This document shows positions 23,912-37,064 of a DNA stretch of 64,000 nucleotides, in pieces (position 1 is the stretch's first letter; every line of letters begins with the position of its first letter). The DNA comes from Narcine bancroftii (Eukaryota). The DNA is taken from the NCBI RefSeq assembly GCF_036971445.1, contig NC_091472.1, positions 307,644,001 through 307,708,000 on the forward strand, given 5' to 3'. A program made the translations under genes and the position numbers. The notes below the pieces were generated by a model, which ran no database searches, was not told where the DNA came from, and saw nothing but the letters and a program-made list of their open reading frames with translations.

Positions 23912-26186
23912 CTTCCTTCCCACAAAAGAAATTTTTAGCTTCTTAAAGTTCAAAATTTTAAACTGCAATCTACCATCATTTGGTAGATTTTATATTCTAA
24001 ACTTAATCAATATAATACAAAGAAGTATTGCAGAAACAACATGCAAATTCAACATCTGGATAGGCAATCAGCAATCACATTATTTTTGTCTTTAATATTA
24101 TTTATCATGAAATCATATTCTTGCAAAATTGAACTCTAGTTCAATAACCATCTATTCTTAAACACTAATCGATTGTAGTCAGTGTAAACCACAACAGCTC
24201 CCATAGCATTGCAAATATAAACCTCAAAATGTTGTAAAACCCATAAAAGAGATAATAACTCTTAATAGTAGAATAATTCTTTTGGTATTGATTGAATTTC
24301 TTTGATATATAAGCCACTGGATGTTCAATATTATCACAGTCATTTTTTTGTAATAAAATACCTCCTGTCGCTTCATCAATAGCATCAACTGCTAAAGAAA
24401 ATGGCTTTCCAAAGTCAGACAACTTAAGCACAGGCTTATAGTTTGACAAAACCTTCCTGACAAATAAACTTCTCACCCTTTTTCAAAAAATTAGTCAAGG
24501 GAATGGTGATGTCTGCAATTTTTTTTAAAAAACAGATCTTTCTGTAATACCCAACCATTCCTAAAAATCTCCGAACTGTTTTCTTACCTGTGGGTGTGGG
24601 AAACTTAAAATTTGTTTGGACTTTTACTTCTATAGGTGTTCCTTTTCCTTGACCAACAACATAACCAAGATATGTAACTGAAGCATAACTAAATTCACTT
24701 TTGGCTAAATTAACAGCAAGCTTTGCTTCTAAAAGTTTATTAAATAATTTTTCTACTGCAAACATATGTGCTTCCCAAGTATCATTTACAGCATCTGTAT
24801 ACTGTAAATCTTGAATCACAGAATTAATCATCTTTTGAAATGTTCCTGGAGCATTTTTCATTCCAAATGGTAGAACATTGAATTCATATAAACTTGTTGG
24901 TGATATGAATGTGGAAATTTTTCTAACTCTCTCTTTTAATGGAACACATCAGGAATCTTTTAATACGTCCATCTTTGTAAGAAATTTAGCTTTTCTGACC
25001 TTGTCTTCACAATCATCCACCCTGGGGATAGGATAAGCATCTGTCTTTGTCACTACATTAATTTTTCTATAATCAGTGCAAAATCTAACCGTCCCATCTG
25101 ATTTAGGTACACATAAAGTTAACAAATATTCATTCCTAGTTTTAGTTTTGGGCAATGGACCAGCGCAAATCCACAATAACTTTAGAAAAAGGTTCTACAA
25201 AAACAGGAATAGGTTTTAAAGGGGCTAATGTGGGACCTTGATTAGGTTTCCCTACAACCTGACAAGTGTGACAAGTCCCACAAAATGTCACAACATCTTT
25301 TCTTAGACTAGGCCAATAAAATTGTTTCATAATTTTAAAAAGCTTTAGCTCTGACTTCAGCAAGATCAAGGCCTATTTCCTGCCTTTTTATTAATTCCTC
25401 TCGAGATAAGGACAAGTCGTTTTGTAGGTCATTATTCAGATTTAACACCAGGATTGTGGTCTAACAAAGAAAAATTTGAAGTGTCTGGCTGGTCATCACA
25501 GCTTGACTGTTGCCATGCCTCACAGACTGCCGTGAAATCATTCTGTACATCAGTGTCCTCTGGCAATCGTTTTTGCCATCACTCTCATTACTGCAAAAGC
25601 TGGCTATATCTCCAAATCTGTCTCTGTCTCATCATTGACTGGCTTATCTTTTAACTTCACTGCAGCGACAACTTTACCCTCTACCAAATCATTTCCTAAA
25701 TAGCAATGAAATACCATCCACTGGTAAACTTGATCCGATCCCCATTTTAACGTCCATTAACTAATTCTGATTTCAACGTTATTTTGTACAAAGATATCAA
25801 ACTCTGAATCACACCCCATACATCAAGTCAAATTCGTTTCACCTGTGGCAGTCTTATCACTAAACTTCAGAACACTGTCTAACATGAGTATCTCCAAGGA
25901 TTTTTACTGTCACTGGTGGCGACCCTTCTTTTAATGAAACCTCACCCTTTCACACAAGTTTGAATTCCTTCCTTATTTTACTAGCAGAAGCTGCCCTTTC
26001 TTTACTTCCATGCATTTTGTCTCTTTGAATACAATCATCTGGTGCCTCATCCTTTCCCTTTTCTTACCTCCCTTCTTCTTTACCTCTAGCACCACTTCCT
26101 CATTTATTTTCCATCCTACATGGATAATCCATATCATCCTTTGGGAAAGTTTTTTTGGGTATAAGTCTAACCTTGTGAGTTTAAGT

Positions 26187-27197
26187 TCTGACAGAATATA
26201 GACATATTTTGGGGAGATAAATTGGGGCAGGTTTTTGTTAGTGTAGGTCACATACAAACACTTTAAAACAGATTTTATTTAAAATACTGGAGCTCTGCTA
26301 ATGCTAGACCTGTTGGGGCCTCAGTGCAAAAGCTTTGGAGAGTGCCCAAGAGAATTCACTAATGGATTATTGTTTACAAGGCAACAGATGAAAGAACTTG
26401 TTGGAGCCGCAGCGCTGTCTAGAGTGGAATTTGCTGTTCTAGGAGGGACATGTGGTTTTGTAAGCAGAGAGAGTAAAACAGGCTTTCTCTCGGAGAGAGA
26501 GAGAGAGAGAGAAACACATACACACACATCACTTCTACAGTCTTACAGCAGCAGCAGCAACTGGGACTGGCACAGGACAAGCTGGCAAGCTTGTGGAAAA
26601 CCCCATTTGGAAGATGGGCTGTGAGTTCTTAGTTCATCCTGGTCAAGCCCTTGTGGTTCATGCAAAAGGAGAGGAACTGGCTGTCTAATGTTTCACTTGG
26701 AGTAAGAGAAACAGGAAGGCACTCTGTGGTGGCCTGAAAGAAAGAGGTTATCATTTGGAGAACATTGAGGTGGGCAAGTTTCTTCAGCAAGACACTGAAA
26801 TGGCTGGGTGTCCAGTGTACAATAAATCTTTCTCTGAAAACCGACAAGAACCTTCCTCAGTGGTAACCATTTACCTTTCAAGCACCAAAGCCAGGTAAAT
26901 GTTAAATTCTGTGCACAGTATAGGAATTGCCTGCAACCAGTAAACTTGGAGGAATGAGAAGTGCGATTGGACTCTGAACCAAAGAACTTTTCTGAATTTA
27001 CACACACACACATTACACACACATGCACTTAGAATTAGAAGGGGGTTAGGTTAGGTTATGTAAGTCAGTTGAGCTAAGTTAAATTTTGATTCTATTTTCA
27101 GTTTAAAGATAACTAAAAACAACTTTTGTTTAAGTAATGATTTATCTTGGTGAATATCTATTGCTGCTGGGTTTTGGGGACATCTGGGCTCATAATG
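26187..27197 (+). mobile_element. Solo LTR (~1 kb) of a second family, inserted in the gag of the Gmr1 element
   Basis: Homologous to 63516-64000; TSD aagt/aagc; interrupts the gag motif AKLIDEYA|LTHK. Confidence 0.82.
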
Positions 27198-27362
27198 AAG
27201 CATATTCATCGATTAATTTAGCTGACTTTTTCCAAATTGTCGCTCCATCTTTATCTAAAAATGTCATTAACATCACAACTTTTAACTTCCTCAATTAATA
27301 TCAACTCTTTTAGTCTGTTATAGTCATCGTTTATTTCTTTTGATGTGCCCCATCGGTCAAAG

Positions 27363-30067
27363 CACACAAGATCACAAGATGAAGGAGCAGAAGCAGGCCA
27401 CTAGGCCCATCGAGTCTGTTCCGTGCCTCTACACTAAAGTGAACTATGCTCACATCTTGTTCCAATTTCCAGCCTTTTTCCCATATCCCTTGACACCCTT
27501 ACTAATTAGGTACTCATCAATTTCCTTTTTAAATTTTCCCAATGATCTGGCCTCCACTGCTCTTTGTGGCAGTGAGTTCCACAAATCCATGACCCTCTGA
27601 CTAAAGATGTTCTTCCTCATCTGTTTTAAAAGGGTAACTTTTAATTTTAAGACTGTGACTCCCACCCCCCCCCCCCCACACCTTGTCCTTGATTCACCCA
27701 CAAAGGGAAACATTTTATCTACACCCACTCTGTCAAAACCTCTCAAAATTCAAAATGCCTCTATGAGATCCCCCCTCATTCTTTTATACTCCAATGAATA
27801 CAATCCAAGAGCTGCCAAACGTTCCTCATTTGCATTCCAGGAATCATCCCAGTAAATCTCCTCTGCACCCTCTCCAACAGCATCACATCCTTTCTAAGAT
27901 AAGGGGCCCAAAACTGCACACAGTACTCCAAATGAGGTCTCACCAGTGCCCCATTGAGCCTCATCAACACCTCTTTACTCTTATACATTATTCCTCTTGA
28001 AATGAATGCCAGCATAGCATTCGCTTCCTTCACTACCAATCCCACCTGGTCATTATCTTTTAGGTTTCCCTGCACAAGGTAGCCCAGTTTGCACTTCAGA
28101 GGCTTGAATTTTCTCCCTGTCCAAATAATACTCTACGTGTTTATTTCCATTTCCAAAATATAGAACCAAACATTTCTCAATGGTGCATCTCATTTGCCAT
28201 ATTTTTGCCCAGACTCCTAATCTGTCTATATCCTTCCGCAACTTTACGGTTTCTTCAGCACTTCCTGATCCGCCACCTATCTTGGTGTCATCCGCAAATA
28301 TGGTCACAAAACCATTCATTTGATAATCCAAATTATTAATAAAAATTGTAAACAGCTGTGACCCCAAGACTGACCCCTGCAGAACACCACTAGTTACAGG
28401 CAGCCATTCAGAATGGGAACCTTTAATTTCAACCCTTTGCTTCCTGCCTATCAGCCACTTCCCTATCCAGTTTAATAACTTCCCTGTAATTCCATGGACC
28501 TTCATCTTATTTAGCAACCTAACATGCGGCACCTTATTGAAAGCCTTTTGAAAATATACAACATCCATAGCCTCCCCTTTGTCTATCCTATCTGAGATTT
28601 CTTCAAAAAAACTCTAATAGGTTGGTCATTCAGGATCTCCCCTTTAAAAAACCAGCTGACTTGGACCTATCCTATCATGCATCTCGAGGTATTTCATCAC
28701 CTCATCCTTGAGGATCGACTCTAATATCTTCCCAACCACCGACATCAGACTAATCGGCCTATAGTTTCTGTCCCCCATTTTTCTTGAACAGTGGAACCAC
28801 TTTTGCAACCTTCCAATCCCCTGGAATCATGCCAGAGTCTATTGATTTCTGGAAGATCATCGCAATGGGTCCAAAATCTCCAAAGCCACCTCTTTCAGAA
28901 CCCATGGGTGCACCTCATCCGGTCTGGGAGACTTATCAATCTTTAATCCATTCAGTTTCCCTAGCACAATTTCTCTAGTAATTTTAACTGTATCCAACTC
29001 TACTCCCTGAAGCCTCTGTCTGAGATATTACTCATGTTTTCCACAGTGAAGACTGACGTAAAATATTGATTTAGTTCTTCTGCCATCTCTTTCTAACCCT
29101 TTATAACTTCCCCAGCATCGTTTTCTATCAGTCCTATGTCAACACATGTCTCTCTTTTATTCTTTATATATTTTAAAAAACTCTTAGTATCTTTTTTTAT
29201 ATTGTTTACCAATTTCCTTTCATAATTTATCTTTTCTTTCCTAATGACTTTCTTTGTCTCTTTCTGTAAGTTTCTAAAGGATTCCCAGTCCTCTGATTTC
29301 CCACTAATTTTAGCTTCCCCATTGCTTTTATCTTCACCTTCACCTCTATTGTTAGCCATAATGGTACCATCTTTCCTTGGACACATTTCCTTTTCCTTGG
29401 AATAAATCTATCCTGCAGGCCTTTCATTACTTGCAAAAATATCTTCCATTCCTGCTCTGATCCTCTGACTAGTTTGCTTTCCCAGTCGACTTGAGCCAGT
29501 TCCTTTCTCAAACCACTGTAATTTCCTTTATTCCACTGAAAAATTGATATATCTGATAACATTTTTTCCTTTTCAAATTTGAAATTGAATTCAACCATGT
29601 TATGATCGCTGCTTCCTAGAGGTTCTACGACCTTAAACTCCCTAATGACCTCAGGTTCACTGCACATGACCCAATCCAGAAATGCGGATCCCCTGGTGGG
29701 CTTCTAAACAAGCTGTTCAAAAAAGCCATCTCTTAGGTTTTCGACACACTCTCTCTCCTGGGAATCCAGTAATTTCCTGTCCTTCCCAATCCCCTGTCAC
29801 GTTAAAATCCCCCATAATTATTTTGATATTATCCTTGTGGCATGCCCTTTTTATTCCCAGCTGTAACTTATAGTCCACTTCGTGGCTGCTGTTTGGGGGC
29901 CTGTATATAGCTGCTAATATGGTCCTTTTACCCTTGACATTTCTTCATTCAACCTATAATGATTCTACCACTTTGTCCCTTCTGTCTATTGATTTAATGT
30001 CATTACGTACCATCAGAGCCACCCCTCCACCTCTACCCACCTGCGTATCTTTCCTATAGACTGTGTA
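27363..30067 (-). mobile_element. CR1 LINE (EN-RT-3' UTR) nested in the Gmr1 element
   Basis: PLGSSDHNMVEF, FQKAFNKVPH, FADDTKIGG and [13 protein letters not shown]; TSD tcaaag at 27357-27362 and 30068-30073. Confidence 0.92.
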
Positions 30068-30932
30068 TCAAAGGCAAAATGCACCATTGTTATAAAAATT
30101 CCTGAATTTTTGTCCTTAAGTTTCTGGAACCAATTTGTAAGCCTTGAGCACAGCTGGCTTTACATTTATCACAACCAGTGACTTTTCGAATTGTCGGAGC
30201 AGAGTAAGCCTTCCCTCACAGGAGGGGACCAATGTCTTTTTGATCTTTTCAGACACTCAGAAACGTGACCAGAAAGCTGAAAATATTTATAAAAATCAGC
30301 CTCATTAAATGGAGTAACTAACAATTATCTCCTTACTAGACATAAAACTCTCACGAGAACCAAGAGATTGATTTACTTCTCTCTGCTAACTTTCAAACTC
30401 CCTTTGTTTTTGGGCTTCCTCAGCTCTACGTGTTTCTAATTCTAGCTCTACCTTCTCTTACAAATTGTCTGTCTTTCAGCTTCTTCCACCTGTAATCTAC
30501 TTTTTTTCTAACCCCATCTCCAGTGCTCATTGCTCAAGCCTCTTTCGTTTGTTCTGAAACTCAAATCTAAATTTTTCTCGCTTAAACTGTTCCACATGTA
30601 ACTGCTTCTTAAGAGATTTACTCTTGGGAAAGTAGTTTAGCTCCTCTTCAAACTTATCCTCTTTTACATAGTGTTCATCTTATAATTCTTTGTCTCTCAC
30701 TTTTTCAATCACTGACAATTTTACCCCCATAAGTTCCAACTTTTGCGCTTTAATCACTCCTTTAATCATTCCTTGCCACCTTCTGCAATTCTGCAGGGGA
30801 CAGCAATGCCAAATCCTTATCAATATCCATTGTTGCTCATTCCACACACACAAGCCTTTTAATTGGCTTTTAAAATGAAATTTAACCAAACAAATTGAAT
30901 ATTAATCAATTAATAAGCTCTACATTTTAGTT

Positions 30933-30953
30933 AAATCCCGGACAAGAGCCCCA
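30933..30953 (-). other. Primer-binding site, tRNA-Pro type
   Basis: Minus strand TGGGGCTCTTGTCCGGGATTT versus the canonical tRNA-Pro PBS TGGGGGCTCGTCCGGGAT. Confidence 0.8.
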
Positions 30954-30957
30954 ATTA

Positions 30958-32157
30958 CATTATGAACAAAATTAGAAGCAATTGCGCTATCAAAACAATA
31001 ATTTTTATTATTAATTATTAATAACATAACATTTCCTACTTAACTTTAAACTTAACTCTAAACCCTACTATGTGTAAATGTATATATGAGTGTGTGTTAA
31101 AACCCAAACGATCACAGTTTAATCTTGATTCTGAAGAGATTATTTTAAAGTTCTGTCTCAGAAATCTTTTGTGTTGAAACTCAAAATCTTTACTGCGGTT
31201 GAAAAGCAATTATGGAGTACGTGTGAGGCATTAAATTTCCTTAAATTGTTGGTCAAGAGCATTAATGAAGGATGTTGAAACATCAAGTCATCAGACTCTT
31301 TAAAACTCACACATTTCTTTTGTAGAGTTGTTTTCAGAGTAATGTTTCTTCATAGGAATGATTTTCTCTCTTGCATAGAGATTTTGGAATCTGTGTTCCA
31401 CACAATAAGACTGTCCTCTTTTCCAGAGAGGCAGCGAAGTGAATATTTTCTTCCATGATGATTTCACAAACCCAGAAAAGAGTTAAACTAAGTGCCCAAA
31501 TAAGAAAGGACACGGTTTAACTGCCCTCCTCTCTTAAAGAGACAGTCAGAAGTGGTCTTCCTCCTTCAAAAGTCACTTATTCTGTGTTCTCCTTTGATCA
31601 GGAGTAACATGTAACAGTACCTTTTTATGGTTACTGTATTTTATTCCTGCGTTACTCACAGAATGGCTCAAAATGCCTCTTGTTCAGTAATATGATTCTC
31701 CTAAAATGTCTCATCACATGACAGGTGACATCATTTCTCTCTTTGAAGTTCATAATGCCTTCTTCAAGAGTATGAACCATGTGCCAACTGACTCCAGTCT
31801 ACATGTGAGCATAACCAGTAGCTACCTTTCCTGCGTACACAGCTGTTTCTCAGGCAAACACCTACTGTTTTGAGTTCTTAATGGAGAACAGTCACAAGAT
31901 TTTTATGACCGTTTGCAGTTCTGAATGAGCACTCCTCTCAAGCAAACAAGCTTCCAGCAGAACAATACATTAACAGACTTTTCATCTTCGAGATCAGCCA
32001 GTTTCCATTTCAAAGGACTCTCTCAGAGAAATTGTTTGTCTGTAAAATGCAAATGCGTCCTGTCCACCCAAAACTAACTTTACTAAGATATATATAAATA
32101 TATATAATAAATTAAGTTTTTAACTTTAAAGATTAATATTAGCACAAATCTATTCCA
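30958..32157 (-). repeat. 5' LTR of the Gmr1-like element
   Basis: Direct repeat of 22651-23911; followed on the minus strand by the PBS. Confidence 0.88.
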
Positions 32158-33573
32158 GGAGTGTTCACGGACATTTTCAACCTCTCATTGCTGCAGTCAG
32201 AGGTTCCCACCTGCTTCAAAGGGCATAAATCATCCCAGTACCTAAGAAAAATAGTGTGGACTGCCTCAATGACTACCGCCCAGTAGCACCAAGTTCTACT
32301 GTGACAAAATGCTTTGTGAAGCTGGTCATGGCCAAAATTAACATGTACCTAAATAAAGATCTGGACCAAATGCAATTCATCACAATCACTCCACAGCTGA
32401 TGCAATACCACTAGCTCTCCACTCAGCTCTGGGTCACCTCAAAAACAGCAATTCATACATACGGCTGCTCTTCATAGACTACAGTTTGGCCTTCAATGCC
32501 ATTATTCCCTCAGTGCTGGTCAAGAAGCTACAAACTCTAGGCCACTGTAACCCCCCCCCCCCCCCCCTCTGCAACTGGATCCTTGACTTTCTCATGGGAA
32601 AACCAGAGTCAGTATGAATTGGAAACAACGTCTCCTCCTCACTGATTATCAACACAGGCACACCCCAAGGATGCGAGCTAAACTCTACTCATTATACACC
32701 CTAACTGGGTGACCAGGCACAATTCCAATGCTATCTACAAGTTTGCCAATGAGGCACCTTATCGAAACCTAAGTTGTCAACAGAATCACAAACGGCAATG
32801 AGGAAGCGTATGCGAGGGAGATAGATCAGTTCGTTGAATGGTCAATTACAAAACCTTGTGCTTAATGTCAGCAAAACCAAGGAGATGATTGTGGACTTCA
32901 GAAGGAAGTCAGGGGAACATGATCCAGTCCTCAATCAAGGGCTCAGTAGCAGAGAGGGTCAAGAACTTCAAATTCCTGGGTGTCGACATCTCTGATGATC
33001 TGTCCTGGAGCCTTCATGTTCATGCAATCACAAAGAAGGCTCACCAGCTGCTATACTTTCTGAGTTTCTAAAGAGATTCTGTATGTCACCGAAGACTCTC
33101 GTAAACTTCTATAGGTGTACTGTGGAGAGCATTCTGGCTGGTTGCATCACTGCCTGGTATGGAGGCACCAACTTTCAGGACAAAAATAAACTCCAGAGGG
33201 TTGTTAACTTGGCCTGCGACATCACAGGCACCAGACTTCACTCCACTGAGGACATCTACATGAGGGGGTGTCTTAAGAAAGCAGCCTCTATCCTCAAAGA
33301 CCCCCACCACCCAGGACATGCCCTCTTCACTCTGCTACCATTGGGAAAAAAGGTACAGGAGCCTAAAGACGAGCTCTCAATGGCACAAAGACAACTTCTT
33401 CCCAGCTGCCATCAGATTCCTGAATAATCAATTATCAGGAGGACACTGCCTTATGCTTTGTGCATTTTTTAATGGTCATGTTCTCTGATGGTTATAATAT
33501 GCATGTTTGCACTTTGATGCTTCCACAAAACACTAAATTTCTTGACTTGTTCATGACAATAAATTGTGATTCT
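32158..33573 (+). mobile_element. Rex1/Babar LINE, 3' part
   Basis: FKFLGVDISDDLSW, FYRCTVESILAGCITAWYG, KDPHHPGHALF and an aataaattgtgattctg tail. Confidence 0.88.
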
Positions 33574-33574
33574 G

Positions 33575-34245
33575 CTTAGGTCCCCGAATAGTACAGAGGG
33601 AGGAGCTGTGGACACAAGTGTGGTACTTCCTGTTGCCACAGGGGAAGGTGCCAAGGGGCGATTGGTGGGAAGGGATGAGTGGACGCGGGGGTCAAGGAGA
33701 AAGCGGTCCCTACAGAAGGCAAAGAAGGGAAGATGTGTCTGCTGGTGGGATCGTGTTGTAGGTGGCAGAAATTATGGTGGATAATATGTTGAACGTGGAG
33801 GCTAGGAGTATGGTACGGAATCTTATGTTTGTCACATCTGGGGGCATCTGCCGTGGCACTCTCTGCCTCGTCTGGGAACTCTCCAACGAGATGGCATTAA
33901 CATTGACTTCTCCGGTTTCTGCTAGCCTACTCTCCATTCACTCTTCCTTCCTTCTCCCTTTGTTGTCTTCCCTCCAGCTCTCCACCCCCCCTTCCCTCTC
34001 TGTTCACAGAGCCATCCCTCCTCCCCCTGTTTGCTGGTGTGCCCTCCCTCCCTTATCCACCTATTACCTCCTGCCTTTGGGACTTTGCTCCTCCCCCTGC
34101 CTCTCAGCCTCCACCATTTTATTCAACCTTTTTTCATGCCTTGATGAAGGGCTCAAACCCGATAGGTTGGTTCTGTACCTTTATCTTTGCTATATAAAGG
34201 ACACTGTTTGGCCTGCTGAGTTTCTCCAGCATTGTGTTTTTCCAC
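33575..34245. mobile_element. Penelope-like fragments in opposite orientations (minus ~33575-33830; plus ~33835-34245)
   Basis: The plus part is the reverse complement of the 21590-21930 family and ends ...gctgagtttctccagcattgtgtttt; the minus part has the PLE-typical gaaagcggtccct segment. Confidence 0.75.
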
Positions 34246-35233
34246 AAACAATCAAACTTTATTCCTCTCAGCCTTGCTTTCTGTGATCACAGCTGTCCAG
34301 TCTCAAGTCTCATCTAAAGCAGTATCCAACTGCTTCAATGGTGGCTAATATTACCTGTGCACCTTCCACACTCATCTTTAATGTTCCAGAACACGGCGAT
34401 CCAGTGTATGTTGTGAATTACTTGCATCTTGGATCAAGGGAACCATAAAAATTGAATCTTATCCATATGTAATTTAACTTCTGAAATCTTTCAAAGGTCA
34501 ACGTAAGCTTTTTGATGCTTTCTGATTAATTTCAAATAATGATAGGCCTATCCTTAACTTGCAAAGATGCTCTTTATTGTTTCACTTACTCTTGGGCTCT
34601 CTGAAGGTTGAAATGATTTGAATCTTTTTTTGACCACTGAATGTGACTAAAGTGCAATTTGTCAAAAAAAAGGATAATTATTCTCTAATAGACTTCAAAG
34701 TTAAAACCTCAGCCATTAATCATGAAAATTCATGCCTCATTTAACCATGATGTTTGAAAGTTTCAAGCAGCAGGATTAGGCTATTTCCACAAGAAGCTTT
34801 GCTATTAGCCTCAATTTCACGAAGTGTGTTTCATTGGAAGTTACATGTTTTTTTTGTGTCATAAACACCCACAGTTTCATTTAGATGACTGAGGAAAGGG
34901 GGAAAAATGAATGGGACACTGGCACATGTGGACAGACAGGAGTATCAGGCTGTTTAAATTTATCAATGTCCCCACAGAGAAGAACAGAGAAGACCAGAAG
35001 TGTGTTGGATGTTAAATATGGGGAATAAAATGGAAGAGTAAAAAAAAATTAAATTACCGGGAATATAAAACAGTGGGCCATTGTTATAAAATATTCCATT
35101 TATGGAAAGGACTAAATCTTTAAAAGTACATACATTGCATATCCATCAGGATGATGTCAACCATGTTTCTTGGGAGAGTTTCACTGTATTGCCATTACTA
35201 AATTGAACATTGCATATAACAACTTATTAAGGC

Positions 35234-35579
35234 TCACATCCACGTTAAGTCATCCCTGTGCCATCGGTGCTCTGTGATGAGTAAGGGTTTACTTAAGGTG
35301 GTCTGTGAGTGGAAAGGGAAGGTTGAGAACCACTGCTCTAGACCCAATTGTTACTGAAATATTTGGCTTGAGAAAAATTGTCATTGGCCCATTTCTTTTG
35401 GAGACATGAAACCGTGCACATAACGAGTCAATGAGGTACGATTAAAACAGTGGTTTTCAAACTTTTTATTTCTATCCACATACCACCTTAAACAATCCCT
35501 TACTAATCATAGAGCATCTATGGCATAGGGAATACTTAAAGTGGGATGTGAGTGGAAAGAAAAAGGTTGAGAATCACTG
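35234..35579. mobile_element. hAT (Charlie-like) MITE, 5'-truncated
   Basis: Homologous to 37065-37437; ends ggttgagaatcactg. Confidence 0.8.
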
Positions 35580-35809
35580 CTCTAGATAGTGATTAAGGAA
35601 AAGCATTTGTGGTCTCATTGTTGGAATAGTGACAATGGCGAAATTAAATTAAATGGACAATCGTTCAATTAATCCCAACGACATGGAGGTGAGAAAGTGG
35701 TGGCATTTTACTTGAGTAGAAGGTAAAATGTTGTAATTCTTTTGCAAAAGTTGAGAACTCAGTATTGTATTTCAGTGTATGTGTTTCTTAGAGACATTAA
35801 AACTCACAC

Positions 35810-35915
35810 TTCATCTCGTGGTTCATTCACTTCTCTTTTGTGGGAATGTGGTGTGCACAAATTAGCTGCTCTGTTTGAAATGTAAGCTATCCAATGAATC
35901 ATTTTTTGCTTAATA
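35810..35915 (+). mobile_element. Deu-SINE fragment
   Basis: ttttgtgggaatgtggtgtgcacaaattagctgct is similar to 14890-14935. Confidence 0.45.
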
Positions 35916-37064
35916 TAAATGCTCCTTTTGTACATAGTTTTCCAACTTAGATGACAATCAAATTTTGTAAACAAACTTTATCTGGAGATTCTTGTGTTGA
36001 ACTGTAAGTATGCCTTTTAAGTTTCCCTAAAATAGCAGGAAATAATGTTGCAAAAAGACTTGTAATGCCAATTTTATGACTAAAGTTACCAAATGGTGGT
36101 AACTTCTCCTTACACCACTCAAATTATCTGGGGCAATAAACTTATGTATCTTTTTACACCATGAAATTTACATCATCCACAGTTAGGTTTCTATTCAAAT
36201 TTCTAAATGTTTCTTCATTAAAATTAAACGTGGCTTCTTCTTTCTCTATTAAACATTTCTGAGCTGGTTTTATAGTGTTTTATTTGAAAACCTGTCCATT
36301 TCTGAAAGTGTTGTGTTGACAATGAGTACTGGCCTCTACACCAATGTTGACTGTTCATGAACAAAGTTATTTAAAAAAAAATTGTCTTCGATCTTCAGAC
36401 ATTTGAGGCATTTGCAGGCACTACATGATGATTTATGGGAGAACAGATGGCATATTTTTCATCCTAATTTAAATTAAAAATGCAATAAATTTTTAAAGGC
36501 AAGCAGAGACATAAACTTGGGGACAAGCATAATGTTATTTGTTTCATCTTCAGTCATTTTAAAGTGGTAATTGGATTAATTGTTCAATATACACACAAGC
36601 TGCCGTGAATCAGAGTTCTTCTATCTGTCAAAAACCAGCGGTTGAATTTCGGCTGGGTTGTTTATCATTTTTAATAGCTCTTGCAGTAGAGAAACAGAAA
36701 CTCAAGACAAACACCAGTTTTTGTGAAGAACATCCAAAATAAACTCCTTCAAGTGTTAAATGAAAGCAGAGAAAATACAAGATAATCTGTGAGATGAGAA
36801 ACAGTTAACATTCGAGATTGACAATCAGAATTAGAAAAAGTTAAAGTGTTTTATGCTGCAAAGAATGTGAGGGTGGAGAGAATGGTAATAGGATGAAAGC
36901 CGCCAGAAATCCAACAGTGCAAGTGGTGCTGGTACTGACCCAAGGCTTGTTAATTTTGACAGAAAGAGATGCGAACAGAGGGGGGGGAAAAAAACCAAAC
37001 AGTGAATGCAAACAATATAGTTGCCAGAAATTTGAAATACCAGTGCATTGAGCAGCATCTATAG

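Larger units (their letters stand above)
22651..32157 (-). mobile_element. Gmr1-like Ty3/gypsy LTR retrotransposon (gag-PR-IN-RT-RH order), internally deleted and decayed
   Basis: Paired ~1.2-kb LTRs; TSD agagt/ggagt; tRNA-Pro PBS; PPT; gag KAYKLVPE..QKFRN (~30100-30145); IN FYWPSLRKDV..CHTCQ lies upstream of RT RFCTDYRKIN and RNaseH VDA..HPVAYISKK. Confidence 0.92.

Noticed and set aside
30933-30953. tRNA-Pro-like sequence, considered as a tRNA gene
   Set aside because: Only the 3' ~20 nt are present, next to an LTR; it is a PBS.
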